Shown here: one piece after another, positions 1 to 13,450 of the stretch
How positions within the stretch are numbered: position 1 is the first letter of the stretch
Layout of the letters: each line of letters opens with the position of its first letter
Assembly (NCBI GenBank): GCA_010093995.1
Contig: ML992502.1
Span: forward strand, 1,520,635-1,582,454
Reading direction: 5' to 3'
Length of the DNA stretch: 61,820 nt
From: Elsinoe ampelina
Lineage: Eukaryota
Made by a program: the position numbers and the translations under genes
The notes under the pieces: generated by a model
Seen by the model: the letters and a program-made list of their open reading frames with translations, nothing else
What the model was told of the DNA's origin: nothing
Database searches by the model: none

Positions 1-1433
1 AACATTTGTTTTATTAACTACTATTACGTAAAGGAGAAAGAAGTTCACCTATATACTAATAGCGTAATAAGAGTAAAGTCCCTTAACTAGTATAAGATAC
101 ACTTATATAGATACTACTATCTTATAGTAGAAGCTACTAACTACTATAGCGTTATAAAGAAGATTCGCTAGTACTTCGAGTTAGTAGAGATAAAGAGATA
201 TAACTTAGTACTAGGCTAGATATAGCTCTTTAGTATTAACCTAGATATCGATTAGTAAAGCTAGAGGTAGAGACATTACTCTACTAGCGTTAATATAACG
301 CTCCTAATAGCGGAAGAATTTGCTAAGGAAATGTTAGAGTAGCTATAGTACTATATAGTTTTCTTAAATATAATCTATAAAGATAACACTTTAACGTTAT
401 AGAGTAGACTTCTAAGCTAGCTCTATAACTTCTTAGATGTATTTAACAATAAGAAAGCTATTACTATACCTCCTCCGGCGCTATATAACTACTTAATCGA
501 ACTTATTAAAGGGAAGTAACCTCTATAGAAATCTATTTACGCCCTCGTAGAGACAGAGCTAAGTACTCTTAGAGAGTACCTAGCTAAGAATTTAAAGCTA
601 GGCCGTATTTGCTACTCTACTAGCTCTATAGAGGCTTCTATTCTCTTTATACCTAAGGCTAATAAGTCGCTACGTCTCTATATCGACTACTAAGGTCTTA
701 ATAACGTCTTAGTAAAGAACTACTATTCTTTGCCCCTTATTACTAAGATACTCGATAGAATCTAGAGGGCTAAGGTATACTTAAAAATAGATCTTAGAGA
801 TATATACTACTATATCTAGATTAAGGGAGGCAACGAATAAAAGATAGTATTCTAATATAGATATAGATATTTTAAATATATAGTTATACCTTTTAGCCTC
901 GTAAACGCTTCTACTACCTTCTAGTTATATATTAGCTAATACCTCGATAGCTTAGTTAATTACTACTATATTATCTATATAGACAATATTCTTATCTACT
1001 TCTAAGATTCGTTATAGTACCGTAGGTATATTAAAGAAGTTCTAGTATAACTTAGGAAGTATCTTCTTTTTATAAAGGCTTCTAAGTACGCCTTTAAAGT
1101 TAAGGAAGTATAGTTTCTAGAATATATTCTAGGCCTCGAGAGTATCTCGATAGAGCTCTAGAGAGTTTAAGCTATTATAGACTAGCTAGAACCTACTTCT
1201 CTAAAAGAACTCTAGATCTTTCTTAGATTTATAAACTTTTACTAATAGTTTATTAATAGCTATATAGAAATAATAAGACCTATAATATAACTACTTATAG
1301 AGAGCAAAAATAGAAAATAGGTAGGTCCTTTCTACTTTACTAATAGTGCTAGGCAATTATTCTAACATCTTAAAGACTACTTTATAACTACTTCTCTTCT
1401 ATAGTTTTTTAACAAAAGTAAGAATATAAGAAT
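1..1433 (+). pseudogene. Gypsy-1 pol part 1 (protease end, reverse transcriptase)
   Basis: De-RIP reading gives LRLCIDYQGLN...SKIDLRDAYH.IRIKGGDEWKTAF...MPFGLVNAPATFQ...YMDDILIYS. The YxDD motif is at ~977-988 (tat ata gac aat). Many RIP stop codons. Confidence 0.93.
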
Positions 1434-1757
1434 TAGAGTAGTTAGTAGGTAGTAGGTATTCTACTACGGGTAGGGTAAGGTATTATTTCTTAGCACAGTA
1501 GGTATAGGTTAAGTAGAGTATTCTTAGTAGTAGGTATAGTAGAGGTTAGGTAGTAGGTATTTCGCGTGCCTAAATACTCTACCTACTATAACCTACGCCT
1601 ATACGTAGGTAGGTATTACGTAAGTAATAGAAGCTTCTCTTAATTCTCTAATATAAGACATTATATAGAATTTAAAATCAGGAAGAATAGTAATAATTAT
1701 AGTCTCTAATTATAGCATCTTATACGCTTAGTTATCGTATTTATAAATAGTTCTATC

Positions 1758-4490
1758 CTATGCCCTTATAGACAATCTTATACGCTTTACTAGAGGCTTA
1801 TTATTATTAATATTATTGTCCTTCTCGTAATTACTTAGAACAAAGTTACTCTCTTAAGAAGGTAGCTTAAGTAAGTTATCTACCTCGTCTATAGTAGTAT
1901 CTTTATAACTACTATTAATAGTATCTTAATAACTACTAGTAATAACATTGCTACTTAACAAAGAGGGACTTATTATAAGCTTTATAATAATAAGCTACTA
2001 GATAGTTTATATAGTAAGCTAGTATCTTCTATTACTAATAATATTCTTTGCTATGTTAAAGATATATTCGATACCTACGCTAGCTATTAGTATAGCAAGA
2101 ATATTATAAGCGACTTTAGTAAGCTATAGAAACTTCTTCTTGTTAGTCTTTTACTAACTAAGCAACTTAAATTTAGTCCCTAGTTAAATTCGGACAGGAG
2201 GAATACTAAGGTAATTCTTACTCTCTTAATATATAGTTCGTCTCTCCTTCTCTCGTTCTAGAGATATAGACCCTATACTAGATTAGAAGCTAAAGCTAGT
2301 CTACGGAGAGGTAATCTATATAGGTACTCGAGGTCGACGGAACTAATTCTCTTTATTATTAGACAAGATTATAGCGTTAAGGGTTTTAGGTTAACTTAAT
2401 AGTGATTTACTATTATAATAACTAAGGTAGTTAAGGAACTACTCGCAATACTTCCCCTTATTAGTTTTAGCCTAGGTCTTATCCTATATTACTATTAGCT
2501 TTACTATAATAATATATCTATAAGCTATAAACCTTATAGGGAGTTAGCTTTTATAAAGGGTCGAGAATAGTGCTATAATTAAAGAGGTAACCTCTTTTAT
2601 TATTAGTGTAAGAATAGTACTTTAATAGTTTATCTTAACTATATTACGCTACCCTTCTAACTACTATAGGCTAATACTCCTTATTATTCTTCTTCTTGCC
2701 TATAATACTATTCTTAATTATATTAAGAAAGTTAAATAGTTAATTGTATATTATCTAGATATATAAGATCTATAGGTAGCTAATAGTACTTAGAGAGGTA
2801 GTTACTTCCTTAAAGTTCTTAAGCATTTTTATAACTAGCTTAAGGTAATTCTATTCTATACTATTAAGATAAAGACGCTTAAGATCCTTATAGTCTAGAT
2901 TACTAGTGTTATTACTAACTAAGTTAGATCTAGTACTAGTAGAGCCTTTTAGTGCAATTTCCTACTTAAGCTATTTATTAATAAATAGCCTAAGCTCGAG
3001 ACTATACTTATATATATTAAAGGTTAAGTTCTACTACGTCTTAACATCTTAAATAATAACCTTACGCTCTTAAGGCGTTATAGTTTATTAGAGGTTAATA
3101 AACCTCTTAAACTATTAAGGTAATTAGTTAATAGTAATATAAGTTACATAAAGCTAGTAATTTATTAGACTATAATTAGAAACTATAATTAGAAAGCTAA
3201 CCTTCTAAAGCGAGTTTAGTACCGAGAGTTTAGTAGAGATATCTTTTAAGTACTATCTTTTAAGCCTAGTAGCCTACTCTTCTTCCTTAGTAGTCTAAAG
3301 GTTAAGGTGCTTAATAATGTCTTATATAACTAAGTTAATAATATATATAAGGCATGGAATAGTATTCTCTTACGAGTTCTATATAATACCTATCTATCTT
3401 AGAAGCTTATATATAGTCTTACGTAACGTACGATTATTACTTATATTATCCGTAGTAATTACTAGAAGCTAGTTCTAGAGATTGTACTACCGGAGTACCT
3501 ATACAAGCTTAGTAGCTATATTCTGCCCTATATATTAACCGCGAAGTAGTACTATATCTAATAGTTGTTCCCGGAGCTACTATTAGTCGTTAATATAATA
3601 AGCTTTAATTATAATAAAGCCTAAGTAGTTATTAGTAGACTAGCTATTAAGTGTAATTAAAATCTTTATAGTCTTATTAAGATTCTATAATAAGCTTTTA
3701 TAGAGAGTCTTAAATTCGTTAATAAAGAGTGTAGCGAAATAACTACGGCTTAGTATAAGTGCTCCCGGGTATAAGAACTATATAAACTGTTAAAATAATA
3801 GTTGCTTAATAGTATAGAAGAACTAATTATAGTTAACAACTGTTTAAACAAGCTCTAATTAGAAGCGAGTAACTAAATATAATAGAACGTTTTTCTAATT
3901 AATTACTAGATAAGCTCGAAGTTGTATAAGTACTTAGACTACTAGTACTTCCTTATAGACTAGTCTTATTACTTTCCTACAAAAATTTAACTCTCTATAT
4001 TTGCTTATTATATTAGTACTATTCTTTCCTAGCGTAGAGTAGGTAAGAGTATTACTACACTATAGGTAGTAAACGTATAGACGGCTATCTAATACCTATA
4101 TAGCTTCTCTAAAATATCTCTATACTTGTCTAGTTCTTAGTTTTAAGTTCTAGTATAGTATATAGAACTCCTTAGAGTAACTATAGCGAGATACCTAAAG
4201 TGTTAAGTTCTACTATGTTAAGAAGCTTTAGAGGTCTATTTATTTATTAGGACGTACTAAGAGATTAAGCGTTAGACACTTTAGAAGATACTATTATATA
4301 GGCTAACTACCCTTATTGTGTTATTATATAGTAAAACGATAGTTAAGCAAATCTTAAGGGATAGAGATTACTATAACTAATAGAGTTAATAGAAGACGTA
4401 GTTATAGATTAATTAGATTATTAGAGTCTACTATAGTAGAGTAGAGGTTATATAGTATTATAGACAGTATAGATATTTATAATGTTATAC
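1758..4490 (-). pseudogene. hAT transposase (RIP-inactivated)
   Basis: Minus-strand de-RIP motifs: BED-like finger VHCPQC...MSKH...C (~3980-4080), PF..VEQ..F...PSR (~3740-3820), catalytic ITLDGWS (~3640-3660), dimerisation domain FPQLAKVARD.LAIP.ASVG.ER.FN (~2045-2140). Start approximate. Confidence 0.9.
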
Positions 4491-4781
4491 TTATTTAGCT
4501 ATATAATTTTAAATAATAGATTTGTTTTTAGACTATTAGAAAGTCTTCTTTACTATTACTTTACGTAAGGCATTTTAAAACGCGCTAGTAGCCTCTATAT
4601 AATTATAAATATTAATTATAACTAACATTTTCAATTCTAACCTTTAAAGCATATAATAAATAGAAAGGATTAAAGTATTATTATATTATATTATTATAGT
4701 AAAGAAATTTATTACTCTCGCTATACTATTTCTCTAGTATAAAGTACTACCTAAAGCTCTAACCCTTAACGTATTACCGAC

Positions 4782-5286
4782 CTAGAACTTCTTATAGTAG
4801 CGCTTAGCGAGGCTAGAGTCCTTAGCCTAGATAGTAATACGCTTAGTATAGATAGTATTAAGGTTTATATCTATATATAGTGTTAATAGAGAATTTAACA
4901 TATATTAGATAAGTATATACCTTCTATATATCTAATAATAAATGCCTCTACTAATTCCTAGAGAGCTCTAATTACACTAGTCTAGAAGTAGAGGTTAGAC
5001 TTAAAGTTCTAAGCGATCTTATAGATAAGGTAAGAAAAGAAAAGCTTATAGAATAATAGAGTAACTTCTTTCTAGTAGCGACAAATCTCTTAGAGAGCGA
5101 CAGCTAGCTTCTATTAGTTCTATACTATAATTAAAGACTATAATAATTACTACCGGGCTTATATCTATACTTCTTTCTAGGCTTAGCTCCGGATTATAGC
5201 GCCTTCTTTATAGTAGGTTACTTCCCTTTATAACCTCTTTCTCTAGGACTAGTAGTAGCTTAAGGACGATTCTTAGTACGTGCTAT
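4782..5286 (-). pseudogene. Histone H3-like gene inside hAT element; 3 exons (5286-5151, 5103-4921, 4870-~4782)
   Basis: Direct translation after removing two GT-AG introns (5150-5104, 4920-4871): (M)ARTKNRP*...KPRKKYRYKPG|TVAL*EICRY*KEVTLLFYKLFFSYLIYKIA*NFKSNLYF*TSVIRAL*ELVEAFIIRYIE|DINLNTIYTKRITI*AKDSSLAKR. This is H3 RYKPGTVALREIRRYQK...LVREIAQDFKSDLRFQ...EDTNL.AIHAKRVTIQ.KD with transitions. The 3' end may extend to ~4727. Confidence 0.93.
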
Positions 5287-5631
5287 AGTAAAATAAGAGG
5301 TTATTTATGTATAGCTAAGGAGTTAAAGTTCGTATGTAAAATTTTAATATATATAAAATAGTAAAAAGAGAAGGCTAGAGTAAGAAATATAAAATCTATT
5401 ATTAGATGCGCTATTTACTATTAATAATAAGAATAATAGAAGAATAATAAATAACTTATATAACAATAGCTTTCTTGTTTCTTATCCTAGCTTTCCCTTT
5501 TATTATTTTATACATTTATAAATTGTAATTTTTAACTTTAACTTTACCTTTATACTTTTACCTCTTTTACTTACTTTATGTATAATTTATATACTACAAA
5601 TACTCTTTTTATTACATTTAATTAAATATCT

Positions 5632-6890
5632 ATACCTATAGAAGATATTAAGATAGAGTAGAAAGAGCAGGTAGTAATTAAGTAAGAAGAAGACTCTAGG
5701 AAGAATATTCTAAAGGAATTGTTAGAAGTATTAATTATAGTTTCTTATTATATATAGTTACTAATAATGCTAGAGGTTTAATTCTAAGTAGTAGGAAATT
5801 AAATACTAGATCTCTTAGCGTAGTACTAGTTAAACTAGAAAAGGCTATAAGACTAGATTTGTCGCTAGATACTCTAGACCTCTAAGTTAAAGCACTTATA
5901 CTATTAAGTAGAGAGATTATACTTCTTAGCGCATATATAAGAAGTAAGCCCTAGCTACTACTTATATAGTAGATTATAAAGCAGTTAGTACTTTACGTAA
6001 TAAGATTAAGACAGAGGATAGGTAGGACTAGCTCTCTACTAATAAGTAGAATGTCAAAATTAATAATACTATTAATAATATAGAGGAGAAACGCTTTAAT
6101 AAGTAGAGGAGCGGTAAGTCTATTATTATAGTATACTATTATAGTAGTACTAATTATTATAGGTAAGTAGCTTAAATCTATATTTATATAGACCTATAAG
6201 AAATAGACTAGCATTAGAAAGACTCTATAAAAGTAAGAGTATAATAAGATTATTAAGCATATCTAAGATAATATAGTAGTAAATTAGTAAGGCAAATAAT
6301 AGCTAATATAAGCCTATATATATATCTACAGTACTAGCGGTATTATCGAGAAGCTATAGCGCTAGATTTACTAGGATAGCTATATAAGCCTTATTACTAA
6401 CGACACTAATAATAAATAGGCATATAAGATTTTTTTTAAGTAGCTTAAAGAGCTTTCTCCTACGGAATTAGTAGTCTTATAGGATCCTAACTAGTAGTAA
6501 GTTTATTATAGTCTTTAATTATAGTATATTCTAACAATTATATAGGTAAGTTATTCCTTTACCTCCTAAGTATAAATACATCTCCGAGCTTAAACTCCGT
6601 AGTACTAGGCTATACTATAAAGGAGATAATAATAACAAGTATAAGAAGGAGATTAAGGAGAATAAGGATAAGATCGAAAGGATATTAGATAAAGAAGCTA
6701 GTAGTAAGAAGAATAATTATTTAAGTGTTAAAGTTAAAGATAAGTTAGATAGTAAGGATAAGAATAATAAGGTTATAGAGTACTCTAAGCTTAAGACTAA
6801 CACTAATAATAATAATAAGGATAAGGATATAGAGGATAAGGATACTACTAAGGTTAAGGATAAGGAGATGTCTAATACCTAGGTATAATA
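5632..6890 (+). pseudogene. Unknown degenerate gene in hAT element, divergent from the H3-like gene, with acidic C-terminal tract
   Basis: Codon-like purine-rich frame starting ata cct ata gaa gat (MPMED..). The tract at 6620-6880 reads as D/E/K-rich (gat aat aat aac aag...gag att aag gag) and becomes D/E-rich on de-RIP. Probable introns. No family recognised. Confidence 0.5.
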
Positions 6891-7191
6891 GGGATTAAAA
6901 GTGCAAAATCTGTAAGTAGTAGTATTAGAGAATACAGTTTGTAATTAGAATCTATAATTAGTAATCCTCTCTTATTAACTTTTAAGATTACTACTTAAAC
7001 TTTTTAGATTACTAATACTCTACTAGGTATAAAATTAATTACTCTACTCTACTCTATCTACCTCCTAGTATACTCTACTCTTACCTACCTTAGCGTAGGT
7101 ATACTAAGAGGTAGGTAGGGTATAGGTAGAGTAGAGTATAGGTATCTAAATTGTATACCCTACTCTACCTACTAACTACTCTAATAAGAAT

Positions 7192-8623
7192 ATATACTAA
7201 CTTCTCTAGATTTGCTATCTCTAGAATTACTATATAACTATTTAGCAACGGCGGAGAGAAGGTAGTCTAATAGCACTCTATTATATACTATTTATAGAAA
7301 CTATAGAGAGTAGAGTTAAACTAGCCTATATATAACTAAGAGCTACTTACTGTCCTTATAGTAGCGCGCTACTAGTAGTAGTATCTCCTCTCTATTTCTT
7401 CTACTACTACTATATTTATAGATTATAATAATCTAAAATACTTCTTAATAACTAAGACGCTCTTAGTTTAATAGGCCTACGTTAGCGAAGAGCTATTATA
7501 ATATAATATCTAGATTACCTATAACCTAGAGAAGCTTAATTCTATCGATAAACTATTAAGAAGACTAGACCTAAATACTAGAGATAAGTAAGCTAAGGTA
7601 GACTTATACCTATAGGTCCTAAGAGACTTATATAAGAGGCTAGAGAGACGTCTTCTCCTTAATACTATAATAGTAACTAAGTAAGTTAAGTTAACCTAAG
7701 ACGTATAAGGTAAGATACTAGATATAAACTTAGTAGTTACTAAGGACTTCTTACCGAGATAGTATAGTAAGGTAGAGTATACTAGGAGATCTAAAGATAC
7801 CTAAGAGAGTGTTATAGCCTAAGGCAAGATACTAGATATAGATATAGAAGCTAAGATAGCTCTCTATAAAGGTAGAGATAGTAGGTCTACTTCTCTAGAG
7901 GTAAGTAGTTCCTTTTACTATTCCCTATAGATAACTATAGTAGAGAGATTATAGAGAGATCGTAGAGAACTTACTAGCCCTAGACATCTATATATAATAG
8001 CTACGAAAGAAGACAATATATATAAAGAGGTACTACTAAGACTACTTAGCCTAGTAAAGAGGCTATAGTAGTAAGATACTATAGTAGAAACAACGCTAAA
8101 GCGTCTTAGCAATTCTAAAGAAAGAGAGACTACTAAGAGAAAGAGCTAGAGATAGTAGAACAATAGCGTTCTACTATTTTAAGATAAAGTCTTTATCCTA
8201 GCTATAAAAATGCTAACTATAGAGATACTCTATAGGAATTATAATAATCTAATAGTAGGCTACCTCGGAATAGAAAAGACACTCTTTATACTAAAGTAGA
8301 AGTACTATTAGAAGGGTATAACAATAGATATTACTAGATATATAAATTACTATAATAAGTACTAAAGAATAAAGGTTCCTCGATATTAGCCCTATAGTAA
8401 AATATAGGCTCTAAGATTGCTCTCTATTAGAGAAGTACTCTAGTATTAGTTAATAGACTTTATTACTAATTTACCTCTAGCGAAGAACTAATAGAGCTCC
8501 GTTACTAATTTAATTTTAGTACTAGTAGATAGAGTGTCTAAATATATTAGATATATTCTAGTAAGAAAAGATATAGAGGCCTAAGAGTTAGCTAATATTA
8601 TAGAGAGGGAGATCCTTAGTTAC
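7192..8623 (+). pseudogene. Gypsy-1 pol part 2 (RNase H, integrase N-terminus)
   Basis: De-RIP motifs HTDSSGFAISGIL, NWPIHDQELL.V, ITDHNNLKYF, integrase HD...AGYLG..KT, and IDFITDLP. Confidence 0.88.
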
Positions 8624-8825
8624 TGTTAAGCGGAAGGCACGTTTAAGGGTAGAGTATTATATAGAACCAATCTACACACTAGTTAGGTAATAGACGAGTT
8701 AATTAATTAAGGAGTCTATCTACCGAAGGAAAGAACAGCTATAAATCCTTAGGACTTAGCATTATATAACCTATAGTTATATAACCTTCGGGCCTGATTA
8801 TCTAGAGAGAGCTATATTCTTAGCA
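8624..8825 (-). repeat. Copia-1 3' LTR
   Basis: tgttaagcggaagg...ttcttagca, near-identical to 13676-13877. Confidence 0.95.
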
Positions 8826-8849
8826 CTCCTACTTAGCTCCTGTAGATGA

Positions 8850-11800
8850 GCTATTAGGTTAATAATAAGCTAAGTTGCTTTACAAACCTCGTAAAGTTCT
8901 AACCTTGTAATAGCTTAGTTAACCTATTAGCTACTATATCTACTGTCCTTACAAACTTAACCTGTATCCTCTAGTCCCTCTATAGCCTCCTAACGTAGTA
9001 GTAAGTAACATTAATGTGTTTTGCCCTTTTATAAGTATATAGCTCCTTCACAAGTAAAAGAGCTACCTAGTTATCACTATTGATCTTAGTAGTGAAAGGT
9101 GATCTTATTATTGCTTTCTAAGACTCCTTTATAGTTAGCTTCTAAGGTGATTAACTAACTATCTTATAACAGCCTATGTCTCTTAGTAACTGAGATAGAA
9201 ACTATAATCTCTTTGCATAAAAGCATATTACTATATATTTAGCCTCTATAGTAGAGGTTAAAACAGACTTCTACTTCCTACTTATCTAGCTAATAGGACC
9301 ACCTATAAGTATAAAGACGTATCTAAGAATAGAGACTCTGTCTGTCTTGTCTAAGGCATAGTCTGAATTAGAATATCCCTTAAGAGTCTTGTTACTATTT
9401 CTCCTAAATACTATACTAAGATCTTTAGTTAATCTAATGTATCTTAATATCCTCTTTATCTTAATAGCATAGCTGTCTATTAGATCTACTATGAACTAAC
9501 TAAGCCTTCCTAAGGCAAAGGCAGTGTCTAGTCTTATTAGGGTACTAAGGTACATCTAGCTTCTAATAGCATATAAGTACTTAGTTCTGCTAAACCTTAC
9601 ATCTTTAGTCTAAGCTCTCTAAGGAAGCTTATTGTCTATTAGCTGCTTTATTAGAGTAGCCTTGTTAGAGGTTATGTTAAGCCTTTATAGCACATCATCT
9701 ATATAGTAGGTCTAGTTAAGCCTTAAGGTTCCTTGTTGTCTGTTTCTTATAACCTTAACCCTAAGAACTTTGCTAACCTTACTAAGATCCTTAATCTTAA
9801 AGATTCTACCAAGCTCTTGCTTAAACTACTAGATGTTCTCTTTACTTTATGCTACAAATAGTATATTATTAATATAAACTAAGAGAATAATCTTCTTGTT
9901 ATAGTATATAAGAAGATAGGGGTCTACTTTGCTCTAAGTAAAGCCTAGCTTTAAAAGCTTAGAGATATAGTGCTAATTCTAATCTCTAGTAGCTTACTTA
10001 AGTCTATATAAGCTCCTAAGAATGCGGAAGGCAATACTAGGTTAGACCTTAAGTCTAGGTAGTAGCCTTATATAAATTACTTCCCTAAGGAATAATTCTA
10101 TAAAGGCATTATTAATATCTACCTAATAACATTTAAGGTTAAGTATACATACGATAGCAAAGAATAGTCTTAGTATATCTACTCTAACTATTAGTATAAA
10201 TGTGTCTTTATAGTTAATGCTATACTTCTATAAGAAGCCTCTAGTAACAAGTCTAGCCTTAAACTTCTTAATAGAGCTATCCGTGTTGTACTTGATATTA
10301 AAGACCTACTTAGATGTTACTAAGTTTAATCCTTTTAGAGGGACAACCTCTTCCTATGTGTTGTTTAATCCTAGAGTATTAAGCTCTACATTAATTACTT
10401 TCTACTACTTGCTTCCCTAAACTAGATTAGCAATAGCCTTATAGTAGTCTCTTAGAATTAGGACATATTATTTAATAGAGGCTGTTATAGTAATTTTATT
10501 AACCTTATCTTGCTAATTAATACACTTAGCAATAAATGCTCTATAATGCTTTACCTTAGGCTCTTTATTATTAGATTCTTTATCTCTTAATCTCTTAAGT
10601 GATTAACCTACATAATTAGGTAATATAGATTAAACTATTAGCTCTTCTCTACGTTAGAATTCTGCAAGGTTAATAGGGTTAACCCTTAGGATCTCGATAT
10701 ATAAGAAGATTCTTCCTATAGGCGCTTCTTGCTAAATAGGCTAGTCTAATTAGTCTACCTTAGGATTAAGCCGGGCTCGGATCTAGGTTAGTCTACTAAT
10801 TAGTCTCCTAACTAGTGCTTAATTACTTGTGGTGCTAATCTTAATACTAAGATTAATATTCCTACCTTTCTCAAATTTAGAGAACTTAACATTTAGTAAT
10901 ATAACTACTACCTTCCTATTAGGTGCCTATATCTTATACATCCTGTTAGTTCTATCTATATAGCTAAGGAATACTTCTACTCTCCCTCTGTCTATAAGCT
11001 TATCTTTTCTTCTATATATAGGAAAGGACTTTAGGTTTATATAGGTGTATACTTTACAGCCCTAGACTCTAATATAATTAACTAATAGCTTAATACCTAT
11101 ATAGGCCTTAATTAGTATAACTTGCTCATTATTAATCATAGGTCCAGTTGCTGTCCTATTCCTTAGATATATATCTGCCTAAACTACTTTAGGCTAGAAC
11201 TTTTTTAGCATCTTTAAGTCCTTAAGCATTGCTCTTATGCCATTCTCTAAGGTTTAGATGCCTTTCTCTACTAGTCTATTCTAGATTAAATTATATAGCT
11301 TAGTAGTTGTATAATAGATGCCTTCTTAGCGCTTCTACTGCTTTAGGATCTTGTTAAGCTTACTAGTATTGTCTAATCTAGTAACTTTAACTTTAGTATT
11401 ACTTTCCTTCTTAACCCTTAGCTTCTACTTAATAAGCCTCTATAGGGCTTTATCTCTTGTCTTAAGTAGTATAATCTATGTTATCCTTAAATAGCTGTCT
11501 ACAAGCTCTAGGAAGTATCTAAATCCTTCTCTACTTGCTTTAATTAGGCTATAGATATTAGCATAAATAAGCTAAAGAACCTCTAGTCTTCTCTATAAAG
11601 TTTTACCTCTTCTATTCCTTATCTTTGTTAAGGAACAGACCTTATATAGGATTAACAAATCATGGTTTAAATTAATAAGCTTCTTAAGGGTTATAACCTT
11701 ATAAAGATCCCTAAGCTTCTTAACTCTAAGGTAAGCAAATCTCCTATGCTAGAGTTAGTACTCTATATTAGAGTTGTCGGGTCTTAAATTAATAAGATCC

Positions 11801-13450
11801 TTATATTACTTATCCTAGGTTAGATATATATACTTAGTGTATAATATAATTACTAGCTAAGTAGTAAGGAATGCTATATCCTAATTAGCCAAATCTAGAA
11901 TTAAGCCGGGCTTAGATCTAGAACGCAGCTTTTAATTAGCTAACTGCTTAAAGAGGGATTAGATAATATATATCCCTCCTCGAATTCTAGCTTTAAGTAG
12001 TAGCTGCTTTTATAAATTAAGAACAAGAAAAGAATTTAAATTAAGAACTCTAGAAACTCCTAAATCTATACATAGCTTACAATAGGAGACTAAATTAATA
12101 CTAAGATTAGGTATATAAAGAGCTTATATCTTTATCTTATCTCCCTTCTTAGTCTTAATAACAGTAGTTCCTATTAACTATAACTAAAGGTAACCCCCTC
12201 TAACCTAGATCTATTAAGTGCATATCTTGCTTAATAGGCCCCTAAAGAGAGTTAGCTTGTCTATTATATAGTTAGATGCTCTAGAGTTAAGCATCTACTA
12301 ATGATGTAGAAGCTTACCTTATACCTCTAATGCAGAGCCTATAGTCTTAAGTTCTTTAGCACTAGAAAGAACTTCTAGTAGTGGAGATAGAGATGTTAAT
12401 AGAAAACCTCCTTTAGTAGCTAGATAGGCTTTGCCTTTCCTCTTTAACTTAGCTACTTCTAGAGAATCTATTCTCTTAGTAAGCTGTCTTATAAGCTTAA
12501 GTAGCTCCTAGCGTTTAGGTAACTATCTCCTTATAGGACTAGCTCTTTTAGTGACCCTATAGGAAGGCTAGACATGCTTCTTAGCTTGTTAGAGATAAGG
12601 GCACCTAGACATAGAGTGTCTAGGTTCCTTATACAAGATGCATGTGTAAGTTAAACTCCTACTAGTTCCTTATAGTCTGCCTCTTACAAACATAGTAGAT
12701 TCCCCTTCTCCCTTCTAGGCTTCCTTTTCCTTAAGGATATTATAGATCTTATCTATACTAAGGTATAGCTAAGTATCTAAGGCATCTCTTGTAGATAACT
12801 ACGAAGCTAGAAGAGCAGCAAGCAGAGTTTAGATTCTTGTAGTTAGTGTAGAGTATTACTTAATCTCTAAAGATCTATTAATCCTCCTTCCTAATATGGT
12901 TAGGTGTAACTAGGCTTCTAAGATAGTTATCTTATTACTTATAGTGTATATAACGAACTCTCTCTATAATTGTCTTACCTATATACCTATCTACTTTGTA
13001 TACTTACTCTTTAGCTTCTCCTAAGCTAGTTTAGCCTACTACTATTCCTAAATCATCTCTTAATCTCTTTCTAAGATATACCTATAGATCTAGTAAAGGG
13101 TAGCACTATTCTTCTCTACTAACTAAGAAGAGTACTAGGAGTCGAATAAGGAAGCTAATAATAACCCTAGAGTTATCACTAGTAGTTTAGTAAGGGAAGT
13201 AAGGGTCTATAACACCTTCTTAGATACTAGCTAGAGCTCCATCTATTAGAACTACCTCTTATAGTTGTCTTTCGAGAGTGTTAGCACTAGCTGCCTTAAT
13301 TAGGTGTTGTTATCCTCTATAGTTAAGGATAAGTTCTAGGAGAGAAGAAAATTTAAATAAATAGATAAAGGTTAGGTTCCTTTTAATAAATGACCTTTAA
13401 GATTGTTGTTTTGTTAATAACAGCTAATAAACGGCAGCTGTTATGCATTT
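8850..13450 (-). pseudogene. Copia-1 gag-pol polyprotein (RIP-damaged)
   Basis: Zinc knuckle C..C..P.H....CP (~12600-12645), protease WMLDSGASN (~12270-12300), GAG-pre-integrase, integrase, RT and RNase H motifs on the minus strand. Ends approximate. Confidence 0.88.

Larger units (their letters stand above)
1434..7183 (-). mobile_element. hAT DNA transposon (5750 bp) with transposase, histone H3-like gene and an unknown divergent gene
   Basis: 19-bp TIR: tagagtagttagtaggtag (1434-) and ctacctactaactactcta (-7183). Perfect 8-bp TSD ATAAGAAT at 1426-1433 and 7184-7191. Subterminal gtag(g/a)gta-type repeats at both ends. Gypsy-1 RT/RNase H rejoins across the element. Confidence 0.95.

Noticed and set aside
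1434..1620. Telomere-like repeats (taggg/gtagg runs here and at 7020-7183)
   Set aside because: These are irregular subterminal repeats of the hAT element, not TTAGGG arrays.
4782..5286. Centromeric histone CenH3 or the host's true H3 locus
   Set aside because: Loop 1 has canonical length and sequence (DFKSDLRFQ), there is no H4 partner, and the gene lies inside hAT TIRs and is RIP-inactivated.
7918..8112. 64-aa ORF from the ORF track
   Set aside because: Antisense to Gypsy-1 pol, with the S/L/Y-rich composition typical of chance ORFs in RIPed DNA.
10217..10420. 67-aa ORF from the ORF track
   Set aside because: Antisense to the Copia-1 RT (KARLV region).
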